A DNA stretch of 60,283 nucleotides, the filler included, from Circinaria calcarea (taxonomy: Eukaryota): assembly GCA_051942165.1 (NCBI GenBank). It is 11 parts of 11 records of this genome, joined end to end, with 100 filler letters (N's around TTAATTAATTAA, not from the genome) between each part and the next. Parts side by side here need not be neighbours in the genome. Positions count along the whole stretch, not along the records: positions 21,995 to 27,390 come from JAVECS010001915.1; positions 27,491 to 32,883 come from JAVECS010001916.1; positions 32,984 to 38,372 come from JAVECS010001917.1; 8 more parts are not named here. The stretch is one strand, 5' to 3'. The translations under genes and the position numbers were made by a program. Position 1 is the first letter of the stretch, and each line of letters starts with the position of its first letter. The notes under the pieces were generated by a model that was not told where the DNA came from, made no database searches, and saw nothing but the letters and a program-made list of their open reading frames with translations. Shown piece after piece: positions 24,386 to 36,803 of the stretch.

Positions 24386-24530
24386 TTATATAATATAGCT
24401 ATTCCTACTCTTTAAAAAACATGCTTATAAATACCAATAATTAAAATAATAATAAATATATATTACGTTCCGATAATCGTGTATCACGGAGTAACTTTAT
24501 TTTTTATACAATTCTAGCCTATTCTAGTGT
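24386..24530. repeat. AT-shifted copy of the repeat at 17849-17990
   Basis: Aligns with 17849-17990. Differences are mostly C>T and G>A. Confidence 0.75.
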
Positions 24531-24752
24531 TACGTCCCTAAGCTTCTTAGGCAAAGGCAATGCTAGTCACTGGTATAAGGCGGGGACTCGGTAATAGGCA
24601 CGAAGGTTCTATACCAATCACTTGGCAAGTAATGAGTAACGATAGAAGTATATTGCTACACTTGTAAGGTCTTGACCACACAGGTCAAATACCACGGAAA
24701 GGACTGAGACTATATAGGTCCTTCCGAGGTTACACGAACCTTCCCAAAAGGG

Positions 24753-24824
24753 GTGGACGTAGTGGACGTCGTGGACGTAGCCACGTCCAGTACGTCCAGT
24801 ACGTCCAGTACCATCAGTACGTCT
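24753..24824. repeat. Inverted array of 9-bp tandem repeats
   Basis: (GTGGACGTM)x3 followed by (ACGTCCAGT)x3, the near reverse complement. Confidence 0.85.
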
Positions 24825-26363
24825 AACCCGCGTACTGCTCAGACCTCTTGGCACAGCCTTGTGGGTTGCGCCATTACATCTAGCACCTTTACAGATATCT
24901 TAATATAAAAAACAATATAATTAATTAGAAAATCCCCCTTCGAAGGCTTAAATAAATTCATGCTCCGAGTCCAGAGGCTTCGTTCGTGTGTTTAAAATAA
25001 TAAATAAATAATTTATTTTGAAAATATTATTTAACTCGCCCCTGCTTGCAATCCTCCCAAAATTCCGATAAAATCAAAACTCTTTTAATTTTCATCGAGG
25101 ATATAGGTACCCACGAGTAAGGCACCCTTAACTCCCCTGGTAATAATTTGTTTTCTGTTCTCGATTCCCCTTCGAATAACCCCCAGCCTAGAGGAGGAGG
25201 AGGCAGATGGAAAGTGGTTTTATGTCCGGGAGAATTATAGCATACCGTGACTTCCTTCCTCGACAGACCTCGCACTAATACGACCGGTGATTTCGGTCAA
25301 AGAAAAACTGAGCAGATCGAACCTCACAGCGATAAGAACTTGCATCTTTAAATAATCTCCGGTGTCGGTGTTGGAGCGTTTTACTGGATTCCCACTAACT
25401 TCCGTGTCGACCTAGCTTTCCCCTGGAGTAGCAGCTCCATCCACAGATGAGCTCGACAGTTGTCTTCGACGATGTGGTTTAATCACACAAATGACGAATA
25501 TGCCATCGCTAGTTTCAGAGATGAATGGAGATAGAGAACTTTCGGCAGGATGGGATCGTATTGGAAATAGGTTCTCCTTTTGGGGAATAGTTACTGACGG
25601 TGATAGCCATGATTATGTTTTCCTCTGAAACCTAAGCGGAAACTGAATTGCGGGCGCTGTTAATTGAGCGGTGTGAACAATCGAGGAAGTAAATGCAAGG
25701 TGTGGCAGTACTGATAGTGCTCTGCTGATCAACAACAGTTCCACTGGACTTTTCAGTGATAATGTCGAATTGTCAATCTAGGGCTCGCTATAGTATACCG
25801 GCGGTTGCCTACATGTTGGGATGTTTAAGAGAAGGGTGCTTGGAATGATGTGTGCTTAGAGATGTGGGAAGGAGACGGGAAAGGACATGAGCCGAGAGCA
25901 GTGAACTGCGCCGTCATAAAAGAAGATTAGAAGGGGTGGTATGGATAGATATTACTGTGTGGCGAACGAACATTCCTGATTCTCTAATCGAGATCTGAGC
26001 TACCATAACGCTAAATGGTTTCAAGGCCAAAATGCGGAAGTGTTGGTCATCGATTGCCTGCCTTAATTACTTGCACTTGGCCTAGTCATATACCTCGGTT
26101 CACACCGTTTCCATACACTTGCACCTTCTCGGCCAGCTTCCTACTGGGGCATTCGGCCGAGAATAGGTGCCTTTCCCAAGTCCCCATTCGAAGCGGTTGC
26201 AAGAAGGTAGTCCTCGTCGATCGGAAACGTGGATGCAAGTGCCACTGCTGAATCGTTGGTCCCATCGTAATGGAAATCCAGAACGGGGTAGAATAAATGC
26301 TTCGTTACATGTGCTAGGAGAATTTCCATCTGTCAAAGCATACACTGAAGCTATTCAGCCACA

Positions 26364-27390
26364 TCACAAGGTGTAGACAAATTCAGGGTTTTCCCGATCA
26401 GTGAGATCTAGCCATTCCTGGTTATCCAGCTTCCTATACGTCGGCTGCGCTCTGAAGGCCGCCTTCCTCTTATTCTGACTTTGGCAGTACCACCAGATGA
26501 AGACAAGGTCAATTAAGCAAGCACCCCAGCAGCAAATTATGGTGATCTCGGCCGGCTTATACCGAGGCATATCCTTGGGACGAAAGGTTTGCGGGCCTGT
26601 GTTGTACCAGGATTAGCGCCGCATTTGGCCTACAACCCCCGGGCCGATACTTACCAATAATGTTTCCAGCACAGTAAGCAATCAGGTAAAGCGCGGCGAC
26701 TGTAGTCTTCTTGGTGTATCCAGCAACGTTGCTCGAGATCAGTGACAGTAAAGCAACAAAGGGTGTTGGGCTCGCTTGGGTCAGGTAATAGCCCGCGAGC
26801 CGGCCTCCGTTGTTCGACAGGGGAAGCGCCACGATGAGCAGCATCCCGAGTATAGCAATCACCAGACCGGAACAACTGATTAGGATTCGATGCCCGTAGC
26901 GGTCTCCGAGAAAACCGCAGACGATGAGAGCGACGATCTCAACAGCACCCCCGGGCGTACCGTAGAGAAGAGACTCCTCGGGAGTATATCCAAAGGAAAC
27001 GATGAGTTGAGAAAAGAAATTGGATATACCTCCGTTCGGAATATCTGCGGTTAAGGCATAAAAGGCGAAAGCCCAAGTTAACGGGTCTGTTAGTGCCTCT
27101 TTGAGTTGGTAAACTTTGAAGTGCTTGTTTCCAATGCCTTGCTGGTTTACGCGGACACGTTCGATGGCGAGTTTTCGGTCATCTTTGCTCAACCACCTTG
27201 CATTGAGTTGATTATCCGGCATGATGAAGAGAAAGATGCAACCGACAGCCACGGTCAAGAGGCCGGTGACGAGGAAGATGATTTTCCACGGCGCAATCAA
27301 TGATCCATGCAGACGAGCGCCCCTTGCAATCCCGTAAGCTACCAAGCCGCCAAATATCTGCGCGAATCCATTGAAGCTGAACCATATCCC
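26364..27390 (-). CDS. MFS allantoate permease (DAL5-like, ACS family), 3' part
   Basis: WKIIF...PD...ARWL, IPNGGISNF, SNVAGYTKKTT...YCAGNIIG/PQTF and DLTDRENPEFVYTL*. Intron at about 26654-26598. Confidence 0.9.
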
Positions 27391-27490
27391 NNNNNNNNNN
27401 NNNNNNNNNNNNNNNNNNNNNNNNNNNNNNNNNNTTAATTAATTAANNNNNNNNNNNNNNNNNNNNNNNNNNNNNNNNNNNNNNNNNNNN
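27391..27490. other. Artificial contig linker
   Basis: N44-TTAATTAATTAA-N44. Confidence 0.98.
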
Positions 27491-27511
27491 AGACAGGTTA
27501 GGGTACCTCTC

Positions 27512-27602
27512 GGCTATCCCTTGAGGTGTTGCTCAAGCAGCACGAGCCATATTCCGGGTGCGCACGGTTCGTGCTGCTTGAGCAACACCTTAAGGGATAG
27601 CC
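27512..27602. mobile_element. MITE-like hairpin element, copy 1
   Basis: 37-bp inverted arms (27512-27548 and 27566-27602) with 2 mismatches and a 17-nt loop. Confidence 0.65.
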
Positions 27603-27851
27603 TTATCTTGGTGAATAGCTAGATTATTTGCACACTAATGCAGCCTATAGCCACAGAGGTTAGGCTATCGGCCACTAATGCCCGGCCTGGGTGGCCAAAA
27701 TGGCCGATTGGGCAGAATGCGAGTAAACCTTTCTATGGCTTAACACTGCGTTTCCCCCCCCCTAATGTCCAGTATCGGCTTTCTACATACCAGCAAGCAT
27801 GGTGAAGATTTTGGAACAGCATTTCCCGCCACACAATGATAGATTGAAGGG

Positions 27852-29013
27852 ATGGCGCATATGGCTAGATACTTCATGGACCTTGCAGTAAATCAGGAAG
27901 CTTCGATGCTTCTTTTCCGCCAACATGATGACCTCTGGCTCTGCGTTCCACCCCAAAAGTGTGCAAAGGCATGGCGTACAATGCAATCATTCGCTAAAGT
28001 CATGGGCGTGGAGTTCAACAAACACAAAACTGGGTCGGTATACTTGACATCCGGTGGAAAGATCAAAGATAAGGAGGTTCTCAACTCATTCCCAGAAGGA
28101 ACTGTTGCAGTCGACTTTTTACAGCTTATCAGCCCAGAAACTGGTAACTGGGTCATCAATGAGGAGCCTGTAGACGCGCATGTCAGACAATTGCAGAAGC
28201 AGTTGGCAGCCTGCACCAGTGTCTTGTCCTGGGTCCAGACATGGAACAGCTGCATAGGGCGGTTCTTTGGGAGCACCTTCGGAGAGCCAGCCAATTGCCT
28301 TGGTCGTGCTCATGTAGATAACATCCTAGAAACACATCAACGCATGCAGCAATTCCTATTCTCTGGCGAGAATGGTACTGCTAAGAGTGTGGCGGAGCAT
28401 CTGAAGCAGTGGATCTCTAAGCGCTTCGGTTTCACCAACGTCCCTGACGCATTTCTGTTCATGCCTGAGCATTTTGGTGGTCTGGGGCTTCGCAACCCAT
28501 TCAACTCCCTTTTCTTGGTCCATGGTCAGTTCCCCAAAACGCCCGAGCAAAAGATGCAAGAATTCTTTGAACAGGAAAGAGAAGCGTACAAAGCCACCAA
28601 GGCAACCTTTGATGCACTTGGCGAGACAGGTCGACGGCACCGCTTCCGATCCATTTATCCGGCTGGCGATGGAGACAGCGACAGCAGGCAGTTTCCCGGA
28701 GGTGATCTAGACAGCTTTATGACGTTTGAGGATTTCACGCATTGGCGCGATTCGGAAAGTCACCTTCTATGGCGGGTCTACAAGGATCTCCGGGAAGTCC
28801 CACGCAAGAAGGACATCTGGCTCTCGGCCGACGTCAACGGTGCGCTCCGTAGGCTTGCGGAGTCGCAATCCGAAGAAATGGATCGTGCAGCTGCACTCGG
28901 TCGAGCTGTTCCAGCAGTGCGGCGGACTGACCTTGGTCGATAAGAGTCTGCTGCCATTGGGTTTTCTGACGGTTCTGAAGAATCGAAAGGTGGCCTGGCA
29001 GATGGTTCTTTGA
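27852..29013 (+). pseudogene. rvt: rvt-type reverse-transcriptase-related gene, 5'-truncated and frameshifted
   Basis: FMDLAVNQ...LLFRQHDDLW (xHDD RT motif), GVEFNKHKTGSV, SVLSWVQTWNSCIGRFF, FGEPANCLGRAH and GGLGLRNPF. The C-terminus KWIVQL...GGLTLVDKSLLPLG...WQMVL* lies in another frame after about 28875. Confidence 0.72.
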
Positions 29014-30558
29014 TATGGCGGACGTTATACCGGAGATCAAATCTCCTCTGATTTCCTACCGCAAAGGACGTAAAGCATAGAGAGCAGGCAGAGCCACCGA
29101 AACAATCAGAAAACCCAAGATACCTTTAACCCCTTCAAGCCTGCCACTGACTCTGGTAAGCCCAAGTAAATACAAAGCATTCAAATACGTACCATGCCCA
29201 CAGTAGTCTCGTATGAGAGTGACGCATCCGTTCTATTTATAACATCCTCCCCAGCACCCCCAACGTACAATCCCAACACCCATATCCCCTCCACTTCAGC
29301 ACAGGGTAACAGTCAACGGACCCATGGTACTATAAATCTGATACTAAACCCCCCAAAATCCCACATGAACCTTTCCTGTCATAACTTGCACACCAACTCA
29401 ACCCACCAAGCGAAGTCGAACAGAGTAGTTCTAGCGTAGGCCCAACTCGCCCTATTCTATGCAGCAGCCATATTTCTAAGCCTGCAGGCAAGTTCCTGAC
29501 CGAGTGAAATGCGAAAGCATGGCTTGATTTGATGTAGGCCTATACATCTGTAGTACTAAGTGCTGTGAGATGCCGGGTCCGCGATATCCTTGTTCTAGCC
29601 TAAGCTTCTGGGGCCGGGGTGGGGTTTCCGGGTTCTGTAGGATGTGGCAGACTAAGGGTGAGGTAGCTTGTTTAAAGATCGCTTAGAATATGGCTGTCGT
29701 TTATGTACTTAGTGACTTTTCTATGGAGCTGGCTGTATTTTGACCTTCGGGGCGACGTTTATGCCATCCCATGCTCGGATTACTCGGGTTGGATTTTGCG
29801 GACTTTTATGGGAAAGGGTGAGAGCGTTGTGTTCTGAGCGGGGTTTTAGTGAGTACTTTATGGAGAGTTTGATAGCTAAAGTAGCGAAACATCCTTCAAA
29901 CCTAGAGGTGGAATTAGGTGGGGACCTGATTTTCTAGTAGTTTTCATTAGTTGCTTCACTCATAAAAAAAGTACATCAAGTCCCAGCCTGGTGATGGTAG
30001 GCCTCCCTAGAGGCCGGGCTATTGGTTGGGAGCAAGTTCTGGTATCTATGTAGAACTATGGCGACGGAGTGTTCATCATAAGGTGGTGTTGTTGGCATTT
30101 TTAGGTGAGGAATAGTAAGATACTAGATGCGTAGAATGGGTAAGGTATTCGATAGTAAAGATGTACTAGGAAAGCTAAGTAGAATGGGTGCCTAATAGTA
30201 TGGTCCGTAGGAATGCAACGAACGGAGGTGCTTAGGACCAAAGTCTGGGGCTGTATTGTTATAAATGACCTGATAATGGGCTTGACAAGAGTATCGTGAC
30301 GCCGGTGGATTTAGGGCAGATTGTGTTCTTCGGTTTAGTAGTCTAGGAGGAACGCGGATATGAGTTTGGAAATGTTTGATGTTTTGAAGTGGAGGTGTGA
30401 AATTGCAATGGCCGTTTAATGTTAAATCAGTAACGAATCAAGTTCCCCATTTCTACCCTCGAGAAAGACTCAAACTGAAAACAGATGAGAAAAAGACTAT
30501 GAAAGCCCATTTGTTAAAGCAAAGCTGTCCTGCTAATAACAACCTGCAAACCGAGAGG

Positions 30559-32883
30559 TCATCCATGATGATACTCGACCGTGTCGAGAAAGATCTCGTT
30601 GCCTTCTTCGTCCTGATCCCCTTGGGTGTTAGGGGTATTTCCAGCTCCTCTATTATCTTGACACCCTTTGCTCCCATTTCTACCATCGTTATCCTCATCC
30701 AAGGCCGTTACGTTTGGGGATGCGTCCACACTGTTGATACTCCGTAGTAGAGCCTCGAAAGCTGGAAGCCATTCCGCGCCAACTCCAACGCGTCGCTTTG
30801 CGACGTCTAAGGCCGTGGATCCTCGAAACTCCTCTTTGATGTCAAGGCCTGTGAGACCAGCTCTTGTCATTTCTTCCAGAACAGGAATATCGCAGTAAAG
30901 AGCGGCGGCATGGAGGATGGTACCAGTTTCGCTTGACGTAGAACGATATGGGGCTCCTCGCTGCAATAGCAAGCATACGATTCTGCTTTCATTGCCCATG
31001 ATAGCGTGATGGACAACAGTATTACCTGGAGTTTCCACAATGTGTAGATCGGCGCCTTGTTCTACTAAATACTGTGCAAGCTGGGTACGTCCATAATAAC
31101 TGGCACCCGCTATGACTGTTGCACCCGTGCAATCTCGAGCGTTGATATCAGCACCATGATCAATAAGAAGCTCAGCAATATCTCTTGCGTCTAGTAGCTG
31201 CGGTGCTCCAAGCAGCGGTGTTTCCTGGAGTGGTCCTCGGCAGTCGACTTCTACGCGTGCGTCAAGGAGTAACCTGCAACACGAGTGTTTTCCGGAGTAT
31301 GCAGCCGCGTGAAGCGGGCTATAACCACTCTTTGAAAATATACCGGGATCAGCTCCATATTCAAGTAGTCTCTTGAGATACTCAGCATCACCCCTTCTAG
31401 TGGCCCAGAATAAGGCTGTTCTCCCTCCCGAGTCGCCTTCATCAATTTGTACCCGCGTCATTCCTTGCAGTGCTATAGAGATGTCGAGTGGCAAGATACC
31501 AAGAACTATCTTATGTAATAGTGTCAATCGGTAATTTTCAAGCCTTTCCGTACCGCCAATTACAAGTTGAAGCTTTCGAGATATCTCTATGGGAAGGTCG
31601 TTACCTAATATCATACCCCAAGCATAATCATACGGTGAACTATACTTATTAGCACAAGCCCTAGGACATGTATGAACTGCAGATGGACTCACCTGGCAGT
31701 GGTTTCTTCGTATGGATCAGCCCCGGCATGTAGTAGAACTCTGCAAACCTCTACGTGTCCATTCTGGACGGCAAACTATATAAAATCACGTGTTATTTAG
31801 CTGTTCATCTGAGAGCGTGCATTATGTACCGGTATCTCACATTTAGTGCCGAGTAACCTGAATCAAAGTCAACATCAAAGGGTGATCCACGACCATCTTT
31901 GAGTATACACTTCATGCCCTCAACATTACCTTTCGATGCATATATCAGGATTTCAGAGTTGTTATTTACACGTCTTATCACTCGAAGAAGCTGCTCCGGG
32001 CCAAGATTCTGTCGGTGTTGTATTTGAATGTGGAGAATCCTCATTAAAAACCAAGCTGGAAAGTAGTAGCTGAACGATACAATCAGGCTGCGCTGTTGGA
32101 GACAGCCACGAAGATCGCATCTTGGACCCACGATGGGAAGGCCAACGTAGCCAAGAAATACAGTTCCGAGCAATCGATCAAGTATTGAAGGGCTTCTCCA
32201 GCGCTGACGGCAATGGCATCTGCACCCGCAACTGAGTTTACATGGCTCCTGGTATGAAGTCGAAAGCCTGATTGTTTGTGTCATAGTATCATGTGAATAA
32301 CCTCTAGTACTTAGTAATGACTGAAGAGGTTCATTCATCCCAGAAGTCACAACATTCGGCTCATTAGATGGGTGAGCTAATGCGTTATTGGGTTCGTCAG
32401 CCAGAATCCGATGCCTGCCGAGATGGGTTTCAAGCAGTTGATCCAAGGTGTCTTCGATGGCTCTCTGGTGATGAGCCAAAGATTGTGACGCCTCTTGCCG
32501 TTGGATTCTGCTCGTATCATCCATAACCAACTGAATTCGCTCCAGTCTCATAGCAATACGGTACGAGGTGGAGCTTCAAAGCTAGTTAGACATGATCCAT
32601 AATCTTGGGGGCCAAGACACGCTTACGCGTTAAGCAGTCCAAGGGCTGCAACTAGATCAAGCCGGATAGAACGTAGATCGCCTTGAATCCTTTGTACGGT
32701 GGTCTGTTGACGTGCCCAAGCAAACCGATTCACAGCAGCGTTACCATGATCGTCCACAGTCATGATCTGGTATTCCAGGATCCCTTCAAGTTCTAATAAC
32801 TTCTCCTTGGCTCGCTGCAATGAGCCACTCAGGCTCTGATGGAGAGGAGGTCCGCTTGAGTCGATATCTCTTCTTAGCAATGA
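30559..32883 (-). CDS. Ankyrin-repeat protein with fungal N-terminal helical domain and Cys-rich linker, 5'-truncated
   Basis: Multiple ankyrin repeats (GRTALFWA, GYSPLHAAA, GNTVVHHA, GTILHAAA), CKLSCGCRCH and FSYYFPAWF. At least four exons (about 32883-32626, 32567-31841, 31778-31693, 31643-30559). Confidence 0.8.
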
Positions 32884-32983
32884 NNNNNNNNNNNNNNNNN
32901 NNNNNNNNNNNNNNNNNNNNNNNNNNNTTAATTAATTAANNNNNNNNNNNNNNNNNNNNNNNNNNNNNNNNNNNNNNNNNNNN
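32884..32983. other. Artificial contig linker
   Basis: N44-TTAATTAATTAA-N44. Confidence 0.98.
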
Positions 32984-34900
32984 CCTATGGTGACTTCGAT
33001 GGTTGGATCAACGCTTGCTATGACCTTGCGAACGAGTATACCGTGTCGCTCAACCTCTGCACGCGGAATGCGGGTGTTGAAATCGTTGTAGTGGTCTATC
33101 CCTATCCGTTGGTTTTTGGTCAGGTTGGCCTTTGAGGAGAGGTCTTCCAAAGTTCTATAGCCTTGGTTGATCCAAGTTGACGCCTGAGCGTGACCAACAC
33201 CATAGATCTTGAGGAACATCTGAAGCACTTCATCATTGGGCTCGAGTTCAGCATTATCTAGGCGGCGAAGTCGGTTGGTCCAGACAATTTCTTCGATCTT
33301 CTCAGCAAGACGTTCGCCGATGGAAGGCATGGCATATGCCTCCTCCTTTGTCGTGATCTTATTGCTCTGCTTGCGAAGAGCTCCGATTGCCTTCCGATAA
33401 GCCGTGAGCCGCCAATGGTCTTGTGTCCGTTCGTAATAATCGGCCATCTTCTGCAGGACCTCAATGGTTCTCGAATTCGGACTATCCTCCTTATTCAGGC
33501 CATCGTGTTTCTTCATGCAGGTGAAGTTTTCCTGCCACGATTTATTGAACGATCCTTTTGCGACCCCCTTTAGCCTTTTGCTCTTACGCTCTTCATCGTC
33601 CGATCTATCGTTAAGGTCAGAGTCTGCCGATTCGTCTTCTTCACTCGAATCCAATGGCTACGACAACAATTCAGTTGAGAGATTCATTACACAAGCTCCA
33701 TTACTCACAAGAAACTCTAGCCCTTTAGCCTCCTCGATGGCTTCGTCAAGTGCGTCGATAGGAGCCGACCGGACCTTTGTAGTCTTTACTACAAGCCTTT
33801 CTTGTTCGGCAGCCTCCTTCGCTGCGGTGTCAAAAACCCTTGTGGCAGCAATCTCGGAACTTCCTTCGGTCCGGGAAGGAGTCTGAAGCGGGCGAGCATT
33901 GCGCGATTTTAACGGAAGGGAAACCAGTGATGAAGCAGTTGAAGGTGTTGACTTTGCAGGGGCAGGAGCTTTCTGTTGACCATCCAATTGATAGTGTCGT
34001 TGTAATGGATTGAAGAGGTATCGACCAGACATGCATGACGATGGGTAGGTCTCATTCACCAACACTATAGAAGACTAAAAAAGTAAGCCTCTGTGAAGAT
34101 AAAGCTCAGGCAACTTGATGTAAAAGATTGAATATAAAGGCGGTTCATAGGAATGATTAGAATAGTAGACTCCTGGCAGCCCCTTCGAGGATAAAATGCT
34201 AGCGGTTTGATATTGGGTACATATAACTTACCGGCAACTCTGTGATTTTGAAGTATGAAATCACGTCCTTGTATGTCAGATCGTTGTCCGCGATAATATG
34301 CGTGATACCGGTATCCAACCCCCATCGTTCGATTCTTTTAGCACCCCATTCCAAGGCTCTTCTCATACGGAGTTTGCGAGCCTTGCTGATATCATCATTC
34401 GGAAGGAAGACTGCAACAGCAACGTCAGCACCAATAAAGAAGTTCCCGGGGAATCTTAATCTTCGTCACGTACAGAAGCACAAACCACGAAATATCTGTT
34501 GAGATTCAGGTAAAAGGTCAAGGCTACTCGCTCGCTTCCTTTTTCTCTGTCCTTTTGGCATAGCGGTGTCACTTCTCGTTGACGAGGTTATGTTTTTGTC
34601 CAGGACATTGAATGGTTTCACTCGGTCGTGATTCCGGACGATGGCTCTTGACGGGAACGGGGTATCCTTGACAATACTCACATCATCCGCCAAGGGAGAT
34701 TTAGACTGTACTGGTGCCGAGACTGTCCTTTCTAATCTGGCGGACTGAGGCGAATCTAGATTGAGAAGTGGCTCAAATGGTACTGTAGGTGTCTTCGAGT
34801 GTTGTAAGAACAAGGCGAATTCGCAATCCTTTGTTTCTGTTTCATCACTATCGTAGAGAACCTTGAAGAAAGCTTCCTTCTTCTGCAAGACTCCTTCCAT
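32984..34900 (-). CDS. POL4: DNA polymerase lambda (X family) with BRCT domain, 5' part
   Basis: BRCT segment (QIFRGLCF/FLPNDDI..WDTGITHIIAD..VNETYPSSC), lyase domain (DHWRLTAYRKAI, IGERLAEKI), FLKIYGVG and DFNTRIPRAEV. Truncated before the catalytic palm. Confidence 0.9.
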
Positions 34901-35657
34901 GTCTTACAGGTCCGGTTAGTAATAAGAAAGGACCTAGCTTTCTTGGAAGGTGCCAATCTACACTCGGAGAGAAAAGAAAATTGGTATTCTCTCTAATACT
35001 AGGCTTGATCATCAATGCTATCATATGTAAAACGGAAATTGAAAGTGGATCTTTCGGTTGTGAAAGAGTGGAGGGAAGCCAAGTGAATAAGGAGTGAACA
35101 CTCTTTATCGGTAGTGCAAGTGCTGAGCACGAGACTCTAAAGTAAGGAGAAAGTTTGGGTCCGAAAACTGTCCGGTGCTCCAATTGGCGTTTGTCTACGT
35201 CTGCTGCCTATAGTTGCTCGGTGCTTGATCGGTACACGGACTGACTCTACACAACAAGTGCGAAAATCTTAGCGAAGGCAGAAGTCACACTCTGATTTCT
35301 TGTGTTGACTGTTTGATGCCCTAACTCCGAATTGTGGTCGCCGGCATAACAATTGTTAGTGGCCGTTTGACTATAGCCCAGTATACTCAATACAAGCAGC
35401 ATGGAGTTTGCGGAAGAAGGAAGTGTAATGTTGAGGATATCTTCCGGTATCTAATCCAATTTTTTGGCATGTAAATAAATGTGGTTTTGCGCGCTAATAT
35501 CTAATATGGCCTGCGACCACAGTATTTTTACAATTTGTCGGACATGTAACTGACGCTAGCCACATTGAGGTTGGAGCTTTTAAACGGAATCCTCAAAGAT
35601 TTGTCCAGACTTGCCGGTATGAGGTAACAGGTAACAAGACATCAACCGCGTGATGCC

Positions 35658-36718
35658 ATGTTGCAATCATGTTCCTCTACTCTACGACTGAGGCTTCCTC
35701 CGCCCCACTCCACTCTGCCACGCGGAATCCCGCGCTATCAGCTGCTACTCTCTCGACCGGCATCCTCCACCGCCCAACCTCCCAAACCCAAAAGCAGCAA
35801 AAACGAAGAGCCCACCCCCAAGCCACTCAATAGACCTCTCGGCCAAGCGAAGCCACCATCTGCGGGTGAAAACAGTGGCGTCGACCACCGCACATGGCGA
35901 CAGCGCCGAGACGACTTCTTCAATTACGACAAGCATCTGGAAAGGCGGAAGCAATTGTAAGCCGAAAACTGGCTTTTTCCGCTCACGATCCAGCCTGACT
36001 GAAGATCCACAGGACTAAAGCGGTCGCGAAGCCCTACTTTCGAGAATGGAGCGACATGCGCTTCCATAAGGGCAAAACCTTTCTCGCCAACCCCAAACTC
36101 TTCCGTGCCGACAAGGCGCTCTACTTCCCCAATCTACAAGGCGTCACTTTAGCTTCGCCCAGAGAGATCCAAGATACCACAGCAGTACTTCAGGGCAAGA
36201 TATCGATAGTTAACGTCTTTTCGGGGACTTGGGCGGAACGTCAGACCAAAAGTTTCCATGGATCATCGGACCTGCCTTTACGGGAAGCGATTCCAGCCAA
36301 CGAAAGAGCTCTAGAGAGGAGAGCACAAAAAGTGGAAATCAACGTCGAGGAGAATGCCCTCAAAGCGGGATTGATTCGACTATTCATGCCTAGCCTGAGG
36401 AAACAAATCGAGAAGGAATTGCATGACAAGTATTTCCTCGTCAGGCGTGGAATCACAGAAGCAATCCGGGAGGGCATTGGCTTATTGAACAGTAAAGTCG
36501 GGTATGTCTACCTCGTCGATAGCGAGTGTAGGATTCGATGGGCAGGGAGCGGCAGAGCGGAAGGTGAAGAGAGGAGGAGCATGTTACAAGGAATCGTCAG
36601 ATTAGTGAGGGAGCTCGAAGCTAGCAGAGGAGAGCGAGAAATAATCAGGCAGGAGGAGACATCGAAGAGGGTTGCTACAGCATCGGAAACCCCGAGATCT
36701 ACTGCTGCTGTACCATAA
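35658..36718 (+). CDS. ATP10: Mitochondrial ATP synthase assembly factor; intron at about 35957-36012
   Basis: [20 protein letters not shown]/..[23 protein letters not shown] and [22 protein letters not shown]. Confidence 0.93.
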
Positions 36719-36803
36719 ATCTGTAGATACCCAACCGTGCAACTCCTAATCTTGATGATGCACCCTTATGCGCCAGATACTTGTACCTCCGACGCCCCTG
36801 GTA

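Larger units (their letters stand above)
23823..24984. repeat. About 95-bp direct repeat pair (23823-23917 and 24891-24984) in an AT-rich repeat-relic region
   Basis: CAATATAATTAAT.AGAAAATCCC.CTT.GAAGGCTTA.ATAAATTCAT.CTCCGAGTCCAGAGGCTTCGTT is present twice. Confidence 0.85.
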
